A stretch of 63,997 bases of DNA, counting the filler, from Collodictyon triciliatum (Eukaryota): NCBI GenBank assembly GCA_043381765.1. It is 6 parts of 6 records of this genome, joined end to end, with 100 filler letters (N's around TTAATTAATTAA, not from the genome) between each part and the next. Parts side by side here need not be neighbours in the genome. Positions count along the whole stretch, not along the records: positions 49,440 to 60,907 come from JBHJMP010001254.1; positions 61,008 to 62,379 come from JBHJMP010001401.1; positions 62,480 to 63,997 come from JBHJMP010001409.1; 3 more parts are not named here. One strand, given 5' to 3'. Positions within the stretch are counted from its first letter, which is position 1, and every line of letters begins with the position of its first letter. The notes under the pieces were generated by a model, which saw nothing but the letters and a program-made list of their open reading frames with translations, was not told the origin of the DNA and searched no databases. A program made the position numbers and the translations under genes. Of this stretch, positions 49,340-63,052 are shown piece by piece.

Positions 49340-49570
49340 NNNNNNNNNNNNNNNNNNNNNNNNNNNNNNNNNNNNNNNNNNNNTTAATTAATTAANNNNN
49401 NNNNNNNNNNNNNNNNNNNNNNNNNNNNNNNNNNNNNNNAAACAAACAAACAAACAAACAAACAAACAAACAAACAAACAAACAAACAAACAAACAAACA
49501 AACAAACAAACAAACAAACAAACAAACAAACAAACAAACACAACTCAACCTTATATTTGACAGAAATACT

Positions 49571-52500
49571 ATGGTCGAAGTCCCGAGAGCACCCCTTTCA
49601 AGCAAGGATCAAGTCGGAGTGATTCGACGCGGCTCACAACGCCAGCTCCGATCTGCTGCAAACAACCCGTATGCCCGCACGCCAATTACGGCAGCCACGG
49701 CAAAAGCAAAGCCTTCAACATCCAACCGCACTGGCATCCTCAGTGCACTCTCCAACGTCACAACTTCCGTCGTCTCGGCTGTCTGGAGGTTTTGGGCGAG
49801 TCCAGAAGATCAGAAGGGGTCTCTGGATGGCACGGAATCAAGCCAACGAGACCGGGCAGATCAACCCTACCCTGGGGCTGACCATGACTCTGGAAATATT
49901 GATTCCTACCCAAGGTTCCTGCAAACTCCAAGCGCACTCTCTAATGAAAGGCCTGCTGCCAATGCCCAAGGGCCTCTTCGTACCAACGCCCAGCCCATCG
50001 TAAGTTGCTGCCATAGAGGCATACTCAAAGCACTCTCTTCGATGCACATGTATATGGTCGTCCAATACTTGGGTGCCTCGTTTCAATAAATAGTTTCTAA
50101 AATCCACTTTGCAAATTATACACATCAACTTTTTACGTATTTATTGTGCGCTAAATTATTTTTTTTTTCACATTTCCGTTGTCTTTGAAGGCCATGAGCA
50201 CTCCAGCTTCACTGCTAAGCCCTTCTAAGGATGGCACCTTCATTCCTTCATTGCAAAACTGTGTTGAAGAAGCCAAAACGCTCCGATATGGGACAGATAA
50301 GCAACCCGCAAAACCGGGTTCCTTGCCGAATCGAGTATCCCAGAACACTGTCGCTTCACATTCCAATACCCAGTATATGTTATCCGGGGACATCGTGCAA
50401 GATATTCAAACGATGTTGAAGAAACGCAAACGAGACTTGTCTACTGAAGAAAAAATGAAGATTGCTGAGCTACTTGGACTCAGTGCTTCACTGGACTCTT
50501 CCCCTAGCTCCAATTTTCACGACTCCGTATCCAATGTGAATTTCTTTTTGTAAATCCACTCAACGACTCTCTAATGTTGCTATGTAGTTTGCTCCGTTTT
50601 GCCTACGACCTTTAAATCGTGCATTCAACATGTTGTTTTCAATTTTTGACTTGCTTAGTCGAGCCATATATGATGTTAAGATACTTCAGGCTTTTAAAAT
50701 TTCTTCTATTACTTGTTCTCTTGCAGACTGCAAGGTCAAACTCCAGCCACTTGATAACACCGCATCATCGGTCTGGGTCTAGCCAGATTGAGTCCAGCTC
50801 GCTTGCCTCGAGGGTATACTATTCACAATAATATATCCTAGGCACTATGCTCGTCGATACCTTCCCTTTATCCATCAGAAGAAAAATTGCCCTTATAAGT
50901 GCGTTCTATTTCGGGTATATACAGGAGCAAAGTAGCCCACGATCAAAACGAATCCATATGCCTACACCCTCATCATCTGGGTTTTCTGTGGGAACAAGCA
51001 AAACATCAATGAAGGTAATGCAACTCATTGGTTTATGTTTAGTAATCTATATGATGTTATGAATTAATCACCCAACTTTGCTTCGTTCAGTCTCAAGTCG
51101 GAAGCGTCAGCCGTAAATTTAAGGTTACCTACTAGACAACATTGGTCAACATACACATGAGCACTGCTTCATCTAAACTTGTATCTCGTATTGGTACTGA
51201 AAGAAAATGGAGTGAAAAGGGACCGTTAAATAAAACATATACTCATTCTAGGTCATCACGAGTACCCCGAAACCAATACCACCCATTAAAAGTGAAGTGG
51301 GGCCAGCGAGCACTTTATCTACTAATGAAAGTGCAAAAGCACCAACAACCTTTTCTATTCCCACCGTTTTTGGAACAAAAAAAGTGGATCAATCGTCACA
51401 TGTAAAAGGAGAAGGCCCTACTGAATCTTCTGATTTCAAAAGTCCACTGCCTGGTTCACGTATGTACAAATGCAAAATTTTATGTGGTTGATACAATTGA
51501 ACCATCCCACATGAAATACTTTGGTGATATTTTTCTTTGCCAGCTTTTTTCAGATTAATTAAGGTATTTATCGTGTTGTATTTGATTTTCAAAGTCTTTG
51601 CTAATGTATCCACCTTATCTGTTGATACTGATATGTACTACATATATGCAGAATTAAGCTCTTTTACAACAAACAGCAATCTAAAAGGTCAGAGTGCTTA
51701 AATATGATATTATATCCTTTTTTTTTTGAATCATTTTGATGATTATAATTTGTTGAAAATTTGATATCTAATGTTATTTATTTGATAAAGACTCGGTAGC
51801 ATCCAACTCGCCTTCATCCATCGCCAAGTAATACTCTGATACACACACATATCCTTTATATCAACTTCTTACACACAACCATTATTATCCCTTTTCTTCG
51901 TATCGAACCATTTGCACCTTCGTTTGTCCCCACTAAAAGACTTTTCACAGGGACGATGTGTCGCCACCCACTACTGCAATCAATACTGCGCCGTTTTCTA
52001 CGCAATCGAAGACCCTTCCCAAACTTCCAGGTTTTGTAGCTGATATACTTGTTTCTGCTTTTTGATGACGAGAAATATCATATACACATTTATCATAATT
52101 GAAGACCCACCAAGGAAAAGAATCCAAAAATCCAAAACATATTATACCAAATCTGCTTGGAACGACATCATACCATAACACTCCTTTTATTATTTTATTT
52201 TATTTTATTTTATTTTATTTTATTTTATTTTATTTTATTTTATTTTATTTTATTTTATTTTATTTTATTTTATTTTATTTTATTTTATTTTATTTTACGA
52301 ATGGTTTGCGTCTCCTGATAAAAGTCCCTCTCCTTCTTCCCTTTTGCAGCATTCACTAGCTCCGCCTTTGGATCGAAGGAGACCAGCCTCCCAGCCTCCG
52401 AGAACCATTCCATTCCAAAACATCATGACGAAACACAAGCCACCGCCGCACACACAACCACGCCGTCTCTGTTTCCATCGACCGTAGGCTCTGCGGAATC

Positions 52501-54418
52501 CGCCGCACCCAAAGCCGGACCACAGGTACCCCTTTTGTTTGGAGCACTTTCTGCGGCACCCGCTCTCGCCTCCGCTGCACCCGGGGATGAGAACCCGAGC
52601 CACGCTCGCCCTGCCGTGGAATTCAACCCAGCAGAGGCAACGTCAACGGTAGAAAAGTCGGCAGAGGGCGGCGCCAAGAGTCACCCGACCTTCCCCTCCG
52701 CCTCCTTCTCCTTCTCCTTCTCGACTAACCCGGCGCCCCTCTCGTCCACGCAGCTGTCACTATTTTCCTTTGGATCGACCACCACGCCGACCCTCTCCAA
52801 AGCAGCAGACATACCCGAGACGACCGCAACCGCAACCGCAACCGCCCCGGCCGCCCCGACAACGCTGCCGTTGTTTGCCTTCGGCTCTTCATCAAGCACC
52901 CAGGCCACGCCCGCAGCGTCCGCTCCTGCCTCAGAGGACAAGTCCAAGACAGGCAGTCTCTTTGGGCTTCCTTCCAGTGCCGCCACCGCCACTAACGCAC
53001 AGCCGGTCGCACTCTCATTTGTATCCCCAACAGACTCTCTTGGTACCATCGCTGCCGCATCCGCTGCCACACAGCCTCCTGCTTTCCCATCAATCGGCGG
53101 TGCGTTATCCGGCATTGGTACGCCCTTCTCTCTTCCATCCACGACCGCGCCGTCCTCTGCATCGGCACAAATAACCCCGCTTTCCATCGCGCCTGCTGCT
53201 GCTGCTGCTGCAATGACAGAGCCATCTGCACCAACCACATTCTCATTTGGTGGCTCCACAACAACAGCCCCTGCACCAACCGCAGCAACAACGTCACCGT
53301 TCACTTTTGGTGCATCCACGGCAACAACGGCAGCCCCGCTACCAACCACAATAGCAGCGACAACAGCCCCAACATCCACATTCCCATCATTGACAGCGCA
53401 AGCACCGACATCGCAATTCTCGTTTGGTGGCTCCACAACAACAGCCCCTGCACTAACCGCAGCAACAACGTCACCGTTCGCTTTTGGTGCATCCACAGCA
53501 ACACCAGCAGCCCCGAGTGCATTCACATTTGGCGGGTCCACAACAACGCCTGCGCCGACTTCACAGGCAGCGGCACCAGTCTCAACCCCATCAACTTTTG
53601 GTGGAGCCCCGTCGGCAACCGCAGCCCCGACCGCATTCTCATTTGGCGGGTCCACAACAACGCCTGCACCAACTTCACAGGCAGCGGCACCAGCCTCAGC
53701 CCCATTAACTTTTGGTGGAGCCCCATCAACAACCGCAGCCCCGACCGCATTCTCATTTGGTGGGACCACAGCAACGACCCAGGCAGCCATGCCCGCTGCG
53801 CAATCCTCACCATTCACATTTGGTGGGTCGTCATCGGCAACGACACCAGCGCAGGGAGCCATGCCTGCTACACAATCATCGCCTTTCGTATTTGGTGGCA
53901 CCACAACAACGACCCAGGCAGCTATGCCCGCTGCACAATCATCGCCTTTCGTATTTGGTGGCACCACAACAACGACCCAGGCAGCCATGCCCGCTACGCA
54001 ATCCTCGCCTTTCGTATTTGGTGGCACCACAACAACGACCCAGGCAGCCATGCCTGCTACACAATCATCGCCTTTCGTATTTGGTGGGTCCACTGGAAAC
54101 ACTAGCGCCACCACAACGGCGGCTTTTCCTGCCTTCCAACCCTCAGGCACAACGGCAAATCTGCAGATGAACCCAGGCACACCCACGCCTGGTGCATCAC
54201 AAGGGTTTCCCGGCTCTTTCAACCAGCAGATGACCACGAGCGCAATGGCCTTCCCAGGCAGTGCAAACTCATCGTTCTCGCTCTCAAACGTCCCCAACAG
54301 TCCAGGTTCGCCTTCCTTTACTGTTGGCTCCTCCGCTGGGCAGAAAAAGTCCTTCCGTGTGAACCGTTCGAAGCACACAAAGCCATCCGCATCAGGGTCA
54401 TCAAACTCTGTGTTTTAG
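49571..54418 (+). CDS. FxFG-repeat nucleoporin (Nup1/Nup153/POM121-like), multi-exon
   Basis: The last exon has many FSFG/FTFG/FVFGG repeats in Thr/Ala/Pro spacers and a basic tail KKSFRVNRSKHTK. The N-terminus has NPYAR and an amphipathic segment GILSALSNVTTSVVSAVWRFW. Confidence 0.75.
53520..54090 (+). repeat. Coding tandem repeats in the FG domain (114-bp and 63-bp units)
   Basis: A 38-aa unit occurs twice, then the 21-aa unit TTTTTQAAMPATQSSPFVFGG with a 63-nt period (53891, 53954, 54017, 54080). Confidence 0.85.
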
Positions 54419-54932
54419 TCTTTGTGTTGGCCAGGGCACTTGTGTCGTTTCTTGTGAGCAGTCACCATGCATTTTACTCGTCCACAGAGAAAGGAAGTGC
54501 GAGGTGCCAAGCAAAAGCATATGTTTCATCTCTCAGCGCATCCATTGTGATAGCGAATGACGCTTGTAGATGATTCCACAGCAACCCAGAACGGAATCCA
54601 CCCCATTATTGCACTCTGGTTGGCTGACGATGCTGGTGCTACCAATCCATCGGTCTCTGCTCATCTTTTTATTCTTTGTTTTCTCTTCTTCTCTTCGTCA
54701 CCTATTATGCTCGAACCCCCCTTTGTCAGCCAACACGGAGAATACAAATGAGGCTTTGATAAATAAATGATTGATAGAAAACAAATCTTCAATAATAGTA
54801 GACCCCTTGGCTGATAGTTTTTTAACCTACTTGTTCACAAGGTTATAAATAACTCATATACGGCCATGTCAAGTATGATATGAAAGTATGTGTTTGTAAA
54901 TCACCAATCTACAGAATATGACAACGTGTCCA

Positions 54933-55822
54933 GATGATATCGCCGACAGGCTCATATCAAAGGATCAAATAGGATTCATGCGTGGCAGGAACATCGACAC
55001 AAACATATGGCTCGTAAACAAGGAATACATGGAATATCAAGTCTCCAAAGACCCACTTTGAATCGAATAAAGGGAAAAAAAGTCTCCAAAGACCCACGCG
55101 TCATGATATTCTACGACCTTGAGAAAGCATATGACTATGTGAACCATGAAGTCCTAGAAATCATCCTAAAAAAGCGAGGATTCTGCTCAAAGTTCACACT
55201 CATCAAGAAGCTACACGACAACGCCGCAACTAGGGTTCTGACTGCGCACGGCCTTACCGACATAATCCAGAGACAAAGCGGCGTCTACCAAGGATGCCCT
55301 CTGGCGCTGCTTCTCTTTAACTTTGTAGCCGACTGTCTTGCAATCCACTTCAGAAACAACAACAAAATCCGCAACCAGTTCCTCCTGCAATATGCCGATG
55401 ATACAGCCTTCATTCTTCGCTCCCCTGAAGGCGCCATCCTGGCAAATAAGTGCATGCAAGAATACACACTTGCAGTTGGAGGTAAAATCAACTTCAACAA
55501 AACAGATGGTATCCTATTCGGCCTACAGGATGGTGGAATCCTACCAGAAAACATCGATTGGAAATACCCAAACCACGCACTCAGATACCTGGGTGTAATG
55601 TTTGGGAGCGGCTGCGCAGAAAAGCGGGACAAGCTGGTCAACAATATCAAGTCCATAATCGCCTCTTGGAAAAGATTCCATCTTTCAGACATCGGAAAAG
55701 CGAGGCTATGGAACCAACTCATGCTATCGACCCTCATCCACAACATCAAGGGCTCTCACCTACCTCAAAAGCATCTCGACACACTGGAGAGCATATGCCG
55801 CACCTTTGAAATGCGTACCTAA
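54933..55822 (+). mobile_element. Non-LTR retrotransposon reverse transcriptase fragment (L1/Tx1-like), disrupted
   Basis: LISKDQIGFMRGRNIDTNI; DLEKAYDYVNH; GVYQGCPLALLLF; QYADD; GGKINFNKT; RYLGV. Confidence 0.92.
55057..55080 (+). mobile_element. Ultra-short LINE 3' stub (family A) inserted in the RT
   Basis: TTTGAATCGAATAAAGGGAAAAAA between perfect 17-bp AGTCTCCAAAGACCCAC repeats (55040-55056 / 55081-55097). Confidence 0.9.
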
Positions 55823-55889
55823 AACAAAATATTGGTCTTATTTCCTTTATTGAACAAAATTACACAGCCTTGCTTTTTTGCCCTTTTGC

Positions 55890-56329
55890 CCTTTTCTCTT
55901 TTCTCTTTTTTCTTTTTTTCTTTTTTTCTTTTTTCTTTTTTCTTTTTTTCTTTTTTTCTTTTTTCTTTTTTCTTTTTTCTTTTTTTCTTTTTCTTTTTTC
56001 TTTTTTCTTTTTTCTTTTTTCTTTTTTTCTTTTTTCTTTTTTTCTTTTTTCTTTTTTCTTTTTTCTTTTTTTCTTTTTTTTTTTCTTTTTTCTTTTTTCT
56101 TTTTTCTTTTTTCTTTTTTCTTTTTTTCTTTTTTTCTTTTCTTTTTTTCTTTTTCTTTTTTTCTTTTTTCTTTTCTTTTCTTTTTTCTTTTCTTTTTCTT
56201 TTTCTTTTTTCTTTTTTCTTTTTTCTTTTTTCTTTTTTTCTTTTTTTCTTTTTTCTTTTTTCTTTTTTCTTTTTTTTTTTCTTTTTTCTTTTTTCTTTTT
56301 TCTTTTTTCTTTTTTCTTTTTTCTTTTTC
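55890..56329 (+). repeat. T/C low-complexity tract
   Basis: Direct reading. Confidence 0.9.
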
Positions 56330-56454
56330 ACCCACGAATATTCTAGATTACGTCAGGTCTCAATATGTATAGATGAAAAATGTTCGAAAGGGTAAGCATA
56401 ATAGGCCACTATAGTGCAGGTAAACCTTCAAACGATCCTCCTCTCTGGCCTGTT

Positions 56455-59400
56455 ATGATGATGCGCTCGCTAAGGACCTGGAGTCGACACACGGCTGCGG
56501 TAAATTTATAGTCTTATTCTTCCTTAATTGTTTGACTATTATATTGTTTTAATTTATTCTATTGTTATTCTATTGTTATTCTATTGTTATTCTATTGTTA
56601 TTCTATTGTTATTCTATTGTTATTCTATTGTTATTCTATTGTTATTCTATTGTTATTCTATTGTTATTCTATTGTTATTCTATTGTTATTCTATTGTTAT
56701 TCTATTGTTATTCTATTGTTATTCTATTGTTATTCTATTGTTATTCTATTGTTATTATATTGTTATTATATTGTTATTATATTGTTATTATATTGTTATT
56801 ATATTGTTATTATATTGTTATTATATTGTTATTATATTGTTATTATATTGTTATTATATTGTTATTATATTGTTATTATATTGTTATTATATTGTTATTA
56901 TATTGTTATTATATTGTTATTATATTGTTATTATATTGTTATTCTATTAAATACATTCCGCTTTAATATCAATATACCCCATTTATTGTCTGATTGAGAT
57001 AACTGACATATATATCACCAGTTTATTCGTCATAATTCTACTTTGGAGGACATTGTCAACGCAGCAAAGCAGAGGAGAGCAGATCCCCAGCCGAAATCAA
57101 TAGTGGTATGAATTAGATATAGTTAAAAAATGAAATTATGTATTTATGTATTTATGTATTTATGTATTTATGTATTTATGTATTTATGTATTTATGTATT
57201 TATGTATTTATGTATTTATGTATTTATGTATTTATGTATTTACACATAAGTATCGCAATATGTTGTGACAGTATTATATTTGAGCATGCATAATGTATAG
57301 AGGACACTTGCAGACCACTTGAAACCGTCTGAAACCCAAAAAAACGTGACCCGAGAGGGCTATATTTCAGCACCGGTCGAGAGAGTGAACTATTCACCTT
57401 CCCAACCAAACCTTACAAATCCTATTCAAGGTGATATTCTTACACTTCACCAAGTGAAAATATTATGGTTTTGGTTTTGCAAAATAATAATAATAAGATT
57501 ATAAAGATAACTCTGCTGTGTGCGCAGCGACAAATTATATGAAAAGCATGTTTAAGGTATTCTTCTTTCGAGGCACAGGCCATCAAACATACGTAGTAAT
57601 TCTTTCTTTCGTCCTATCAACATTCCTCTATGTTTCAGACTCGAACGTAATAGCTTCATCCGAACCAGACCTTTCAAACATCTCGTACAATACGAAAACC
57701 ACAACACTTCCAAATGGCGTCAGGGTCATTACAAAGGTGAGAAGCTGGGAAATAAAATAAAAACATAGTATTTTTGAACCACTTATTTATCCCAAGAATT
57801 GATCGCCTTAGAATCTTAATCAAATGGCCTCAAAAATCGGTATTTCTCTGCAATCTGGACCATCGACCGAGCCAAGCAATATGTTTGGGGTTTCGCAGAT
57901 ATACGACAGAATGATTCTGAAGGTATTTATATACATATATATGCATTTCCCTCTTGTTTGAGTATATATCAAATTTACTCAGTCTTTTGTCCTTTTATTG
58001 AAACGTCTTTTATATTTTTTTCCCTTTATTCAACTCAAGGGAAAGATTTCTTAATATATTTTTTATTTCATTATGAATATTCCGAGCATTCTGGGCATTT
58101 AGCAATGAGGATTAATAATTTGACAGGGTACTAAAAACAGAACCGAGGAAAACATCCTTCACTCAATCGAAGCACTGGGTGGTGTCGTATCCACAGTCAC
58201 TGAAAAGGACCATGTATGATATACCTGGCTTAGCTTTAAGACAGTTTGCAATCTCAATGTTAATTCTTTGGTGACTTAATACTATCTCACTAAAGTATAT
58301 ACATACCGGGTTTAAAATGTAATCGATTCCTTTTGGCCGATTCCAGTTTGGCTTCACCATAGAAACCACACCAGATCACATCAACGAGGCTTTTGATATT
58401 ACATGGGAATGTTTTTCTGAGCCCCGTTACACAGACGAGGGAATCAATGAGGCTTTGGAAAGCGTTCTTGCTGACATTGAGAGATTTCATGCAAGTCCAG
58501 GCGACCTCACTGTCGAGGTGAGATACTGAAAGAACTATAGTCCATCTTGATTTGTAGCGCCTCAAGATGAGAAATAACTACCTTATCATTTTTTTTGTTT
58601 CTGTTTCTGTTTCTGTTTCTGTTTCTGTTTCTGTTTCTGTTTCTGTTTCTGTTTCTGTTTCTGTTTCTGTTTCTGTTTCTGTTTCTGTNTCTGTTTCTGT
58701 TTCTGTTTCTGTTTCTGTTTCTGTTTCTGTTTCTGTTTCTGTTTCTGTTTCTGTTTCTGTTTCTGTTTCTGTTTCTGTTTCTGTTTCTGTTTCTGTTTCT
58801 GTTTCTGTTTTGAGCACGGTTAGGTCTTGTTTTTTGCATTACCTCTCTTTATTTTGATCGAGAAACACTAGATGTAACGAATATTACATGATTGATAACC
58901 AACCAGGCTGCTCATGAAGCTGCCTATGGAGGGACGGGGCTGGGTTCATCTCCATATCTCAAGCCTGATAAACTAGCTGCGTTGACTGTTACAGTTCGTT
59001 GTACTCTTTGTTAAGCACAGATTGTTTGATGTTCTCATAATTTTTCCTTTTTTCTTTTTTTTTGTTTAGAATTCATGTTTTCAATCCTTCTCTCCTCGAA
59101 ATCCTTAGATTAAACATTATCCACATGTAAATTCACTCGTAGGAACTAGAAGAGTATCGTCGACTCTCGTTGGTCGGCTCAAACGTAATTGTTGCTGGAC
59201 TATCTGTAGACCATGATTATTTGGTGGAAAAGACGAGAAAGACATACGGAACACTCCCACCAACGACAAATCCGCCAACAACTATGTATTCTTTTTTTTT
59301 TTTTATTTAATAGTAAAACAAAAAATGTATTAATATTTGGTCGATTTGTAAATCTACGATTAAATTTTTTCGTGTCGTTTGCACCGATGTGTCCTTGCGC

Positions 59401-60787
59401 GACTTGATTATTCAAAAAAAGCTTATCTTTACCAAGGACAAAGCAGGTTTATATTGGAGGAGACGCCGTACATTCCTTCCCTGAGTTAGACAGCCACTTT
59501 GTCTCAATTAGTTATCCGTGTCCATCATGGGAGGACAAGGAGATATACGCAGCAGTCATTTGGCAGATGCTTCTTGGCGGTGGAAACTCTTTTTCGTCTG
59601 GCGGGCCGGGGAAGGTTCTCTCCTTATTGTGCATATTTTATTATTCATCTTCAATTATTCACCTGTTGTGACAATAGATGCATACACATAGTAGCACTTG
59701 ACAGGCTTGAATATAGGGATACAAAACCAAATAACGATATTATATTTCATGGTGCTAGAGACAAAGCAACAATAATAAAACTTGTAATTTTCTTCTCTCC
59801 TTTTTGTTTGGATGATATTTTATTCTATTTTTTACATAATACTATTTCAATACAGGGAATGCTATCGCGCTTGTATCGCCGTGTGCTCAATCAGCATTAC
59901 TTTGTGGATAGCATATTTGCGCGGGTCTCTGCTTACAAGAATACTGGGATATTCACTCTATATGGTTCAGTTAAAGAGGCGCAGTATGTGAGTCATCTGG
60001 CGGGCATTATCATCGAGCAGCTTGTGGAGATGGTCACTACTGTGAATGATGAGGTTTATTTACATATGAATACCGGAAACCTGATACATGGTTTTTTTTT
60101 ATTACTTCCATAAAGAGAGAAAAACATCAAACTTACTCTGAGACGCTTCTACTAGGAGATTCAACGAGCCAAAGCTCAATTGGCATCAACGCTCTTTATC
60201 AATTTGGAGCACCGCAACATTTTGATGGAGGATTTGGGGAAGCAGGTTTCGTTTGCCACCGCTTTATTCTTTTGATTTTTTTTATTGGTGTCAATTCATT
60301 CATCTAAGAGGAAATATATTCTAACACCCAGAACACAATCCCGCTTTTTTTTTTCAACCTAATAATTATTATAAAAAAATTAACAAAACAATACTTTATA
60401 ATACTGAATTTAGATTGAGATTCGCCTACTATAATATTTACATTTAAAAAGTCACATATGCTTATTCCCCCGATTTAGTATTTTAATTAGCATGTTGAAA
60501 AGGTAGCATGCCTAACAAAATATGTATATATATATATGTATGTATATATGTGTGTGTGTCATTAGCTGATGTACTTCGGGAGATACATCGAGCCCAAAGA
60601 GCTGCTTGACAACCTTGCTCTGGTCTCCAAGAAGGACATCATCGACCTCGCTCGGAAGCTCGTGCGCATGAGACCATCCATCGTCCTCCTGGGCAACATT
60701 GAATACGCCCCGACTCCGGAACAGATTCGCCAGGAGCTCACCAGCCTCGCCCACCAGACGGCTCTTTTGAAGACATTCAGCAAATAA
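56455..60787 (+). CDS. PMPCA: Mitochondrial processing peptidase alpha subunit, multi-exon
   Basis: Presequence-like MMMRSLRTWSRHTAA (start tentative); TKTTTLPNGVRVIT; GTKNRT..IEALGG; AAHEAAYGGTGLG; diagnostic Gly loop QMLLGGGNSFSSGGPGK|GMLSRLYRRVLNQHY; EIQRAKAQL..NLE..MEDLGKQ; no HxxEH. Confidence 0.92.
56557..56942 (+). repeat. 11-bp minisatellite (TTCTATTGTTA)n then (TTATATTGTTA)n
   Basis: Direct reading; the unit variant switches at about 56757. Confidence 0.95.
58596..58810 (+). repeat. (GTTTCT)n intronic microsatellite
   Basis: Direct reading. Other simple repeats: (TTTC)n 20107-20221 and 49240-49339, (AAAG)n ~44277-44342, (AAAATAAAAAC)n ~44859-44962, (AAAC)n 49440-49538, (TTTTA)n ~52185-52297, (TATTTATG)n ~57137-57241, (TTTTG)n ~62743-62832. 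Confidence 0.92.
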
Positions 60788-60827
60788 ACCCTGAAGTCAC
60801 AATTAAGCTGCACTCCTTGAGAAAATC

Positions 60828-60907
<80 letters not shown>

Positions 60908-61007
60908 NNNNNNNNNNNNNNNNNNNNNNNNNNNNNNNNNNNNNNNNNNNNTTAATTAATTAANNNNNNNNNNNNNNNNNNNNNNNNNNNNNNNNNNNNN
61001 NNNNNNN

Positions 61008-61073
<66 letters not shown>

Positions 61074-61265
61074 TTTTTTTTTTTAAAAAAAGAAGTTCCC
61101 CCCCCCCCCCCCCCCCCAAATAGTATTCTTTGTCTATGATACCTACATCCTTCAGATATTTACGATGAAATTGTTGACCATACAATACCATACCATACAA
61201 TACAACACAATATGATACGATACGATACGACACGATACGATACGACATGATACGATGCAATGTAG

Positions 61266-61962
61266 TAATAAAAGAATTCAAACAGAATCTAGCAATCAGA
61301 GCTCTCCCGATGGAAATGCACAAAGCATATATGCATCCTACATGTCACCCGAGTTCCGTTCATCATTAGCTGAAGATGATGATGACGGACCGGAAATGGA
61401 GACTGACACGAGTTCACCCTCTCGTTTTCCTGGGGAGCACATCCCTGAGATGGAGCAGCCTAGCCTCGCAGACAGAGATTCATTGAAGAAGGAACTTGCC
61501 GCAGATGGAATCGAGTTGTTGACCAGACTTGTCGATCGAGTCCTTTTACAAAGTACTATTGATATATACATACATATACTGCAGGCTGTGCTGTAAACTA
61601 TCTTTATATATCTTTGGCGATTATTTTGTGCAAATTTTAAGAAGGAATACTTCGGCTATCCATGAAGTATTCCGACTGATAAGAGATTCACAGCTTTTAT
61701 TGTACTTTATATTTTAAAATAGTGAAATGCACAATAAGAAATATCCAAGTGTTCATACATGCAGACTCAAAACTCAGTGACCAGAACTTGGTAAATTGCA
61801 CTTGATATGTTCCCAAAGAGAAGCATCAAATTCACACATCAAATGTTGAACTAATTCATATTTTCTCGTGATACTGAGCTCCATTTTCTCTTCAGCATCT
61901 AATACTCACTATGAATGAAGTGGAGTATCAAGATGAAGGTGCGTCAGATGGAGATATTCCAG
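61266..61962 (+). CDS. Internal exons of a hypothetical acidic protein (fragmented contig)
   Basis: Open exon ..SSLAEDDDDGPEMETD..LKKELAADGIELLTRLVDRVLLQ followed by GT, plus small downstream exons (NEVEYQDEGASDGDIP). No family recognised. Confidence 0.4.
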
Positions 61963-62278
61963 GTGATGATCTCTTTATGTACGATATTAGTCATATACTT
62001 TAGATTCCCTGACCTTTGTTGCTTCAGTTATTAATCAAAATAATTTTACCTATAGCTGCTTAAGTGATAATATTATTCAAATCATTATTATATTTTTTGA
62101 AATACTTTTGTATTGGAGATTAGTTTTATTGATTTGGAGAACCTTTTGTGCATTATCGTGGTCATTTTAGAGACTGTTGGCCCGACTTTACCTAGGACTA
62201 AGGCACTAAAAATAAAAGGCCTAAAAATCCGGGTTTTTATTAAATTTTAAATACGCTTTGACCACGTGGATTCTGCTA

Positions 62279-62379
<101 letters not shown>

Positions 62380-63052
62380 NNNNNNNNNNNNNNNNNNNNN
62401 NNNNNNNNNNNNNNNNNNNNNNNTTAATTAATTAANNNNNNNNNNNNNNNNNNNNNNNNNNNNNNNNNNNNNNNNNNNNTTTTTATTTTTTAATAATAAT
62501 AATAATAAAAAAAAAAAAAAAAGAGAGAGAGAGATTATATTTAGCTTGTTGATCAGCTCGTCGACCAGGTGGTCGATCAATTGAGAGTAAAACAAGTCAC
62601 GCAGCCTCATAGAAAGAAAAATTATGTATTCGTCGATCCGCCTCTTGTTTTTTTTATTTTATAATTTGTTAGACTCTTCAAGGTGGTGTCCAGGTGAGTT
62701 GTGTTTTTTGTCACTTCACCCAAACTCACGTTTTTTCTTGACTTGTTTTGTTTTGTTTTGTTTTGTTTTGTTTTGTTTTGTTTTGTTTTGTTTTGTTTTG
62801 TTTTGTTTTGTTTTGTTTTGTTTTGTTTTGTTAATTGTCTGGCAGCAGGTACTTGTGCTATGACACAGGAGCAGAGCCCCCAGCACAAACACCAGTCCGC
62901 CAGGTGATTGCGAACGTCAGGTGCTTTCTCGGAAAAATGCCGGATTGCCATGAAGTGGCCGGTGCAACGTCATCATTAATATTAACTTGTGGGTGTTGTT
63001 AACAACACATTCCTGGAATATCATGTGTGGAATATACAACAATCTCCGCTGT

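Noticed and set aside
52681-54378. 565-aa minus-strand ORF
   Set aside because: Antisense shadow of the repetitive Thr/Ala/Pro-rich nucleoporin exon.
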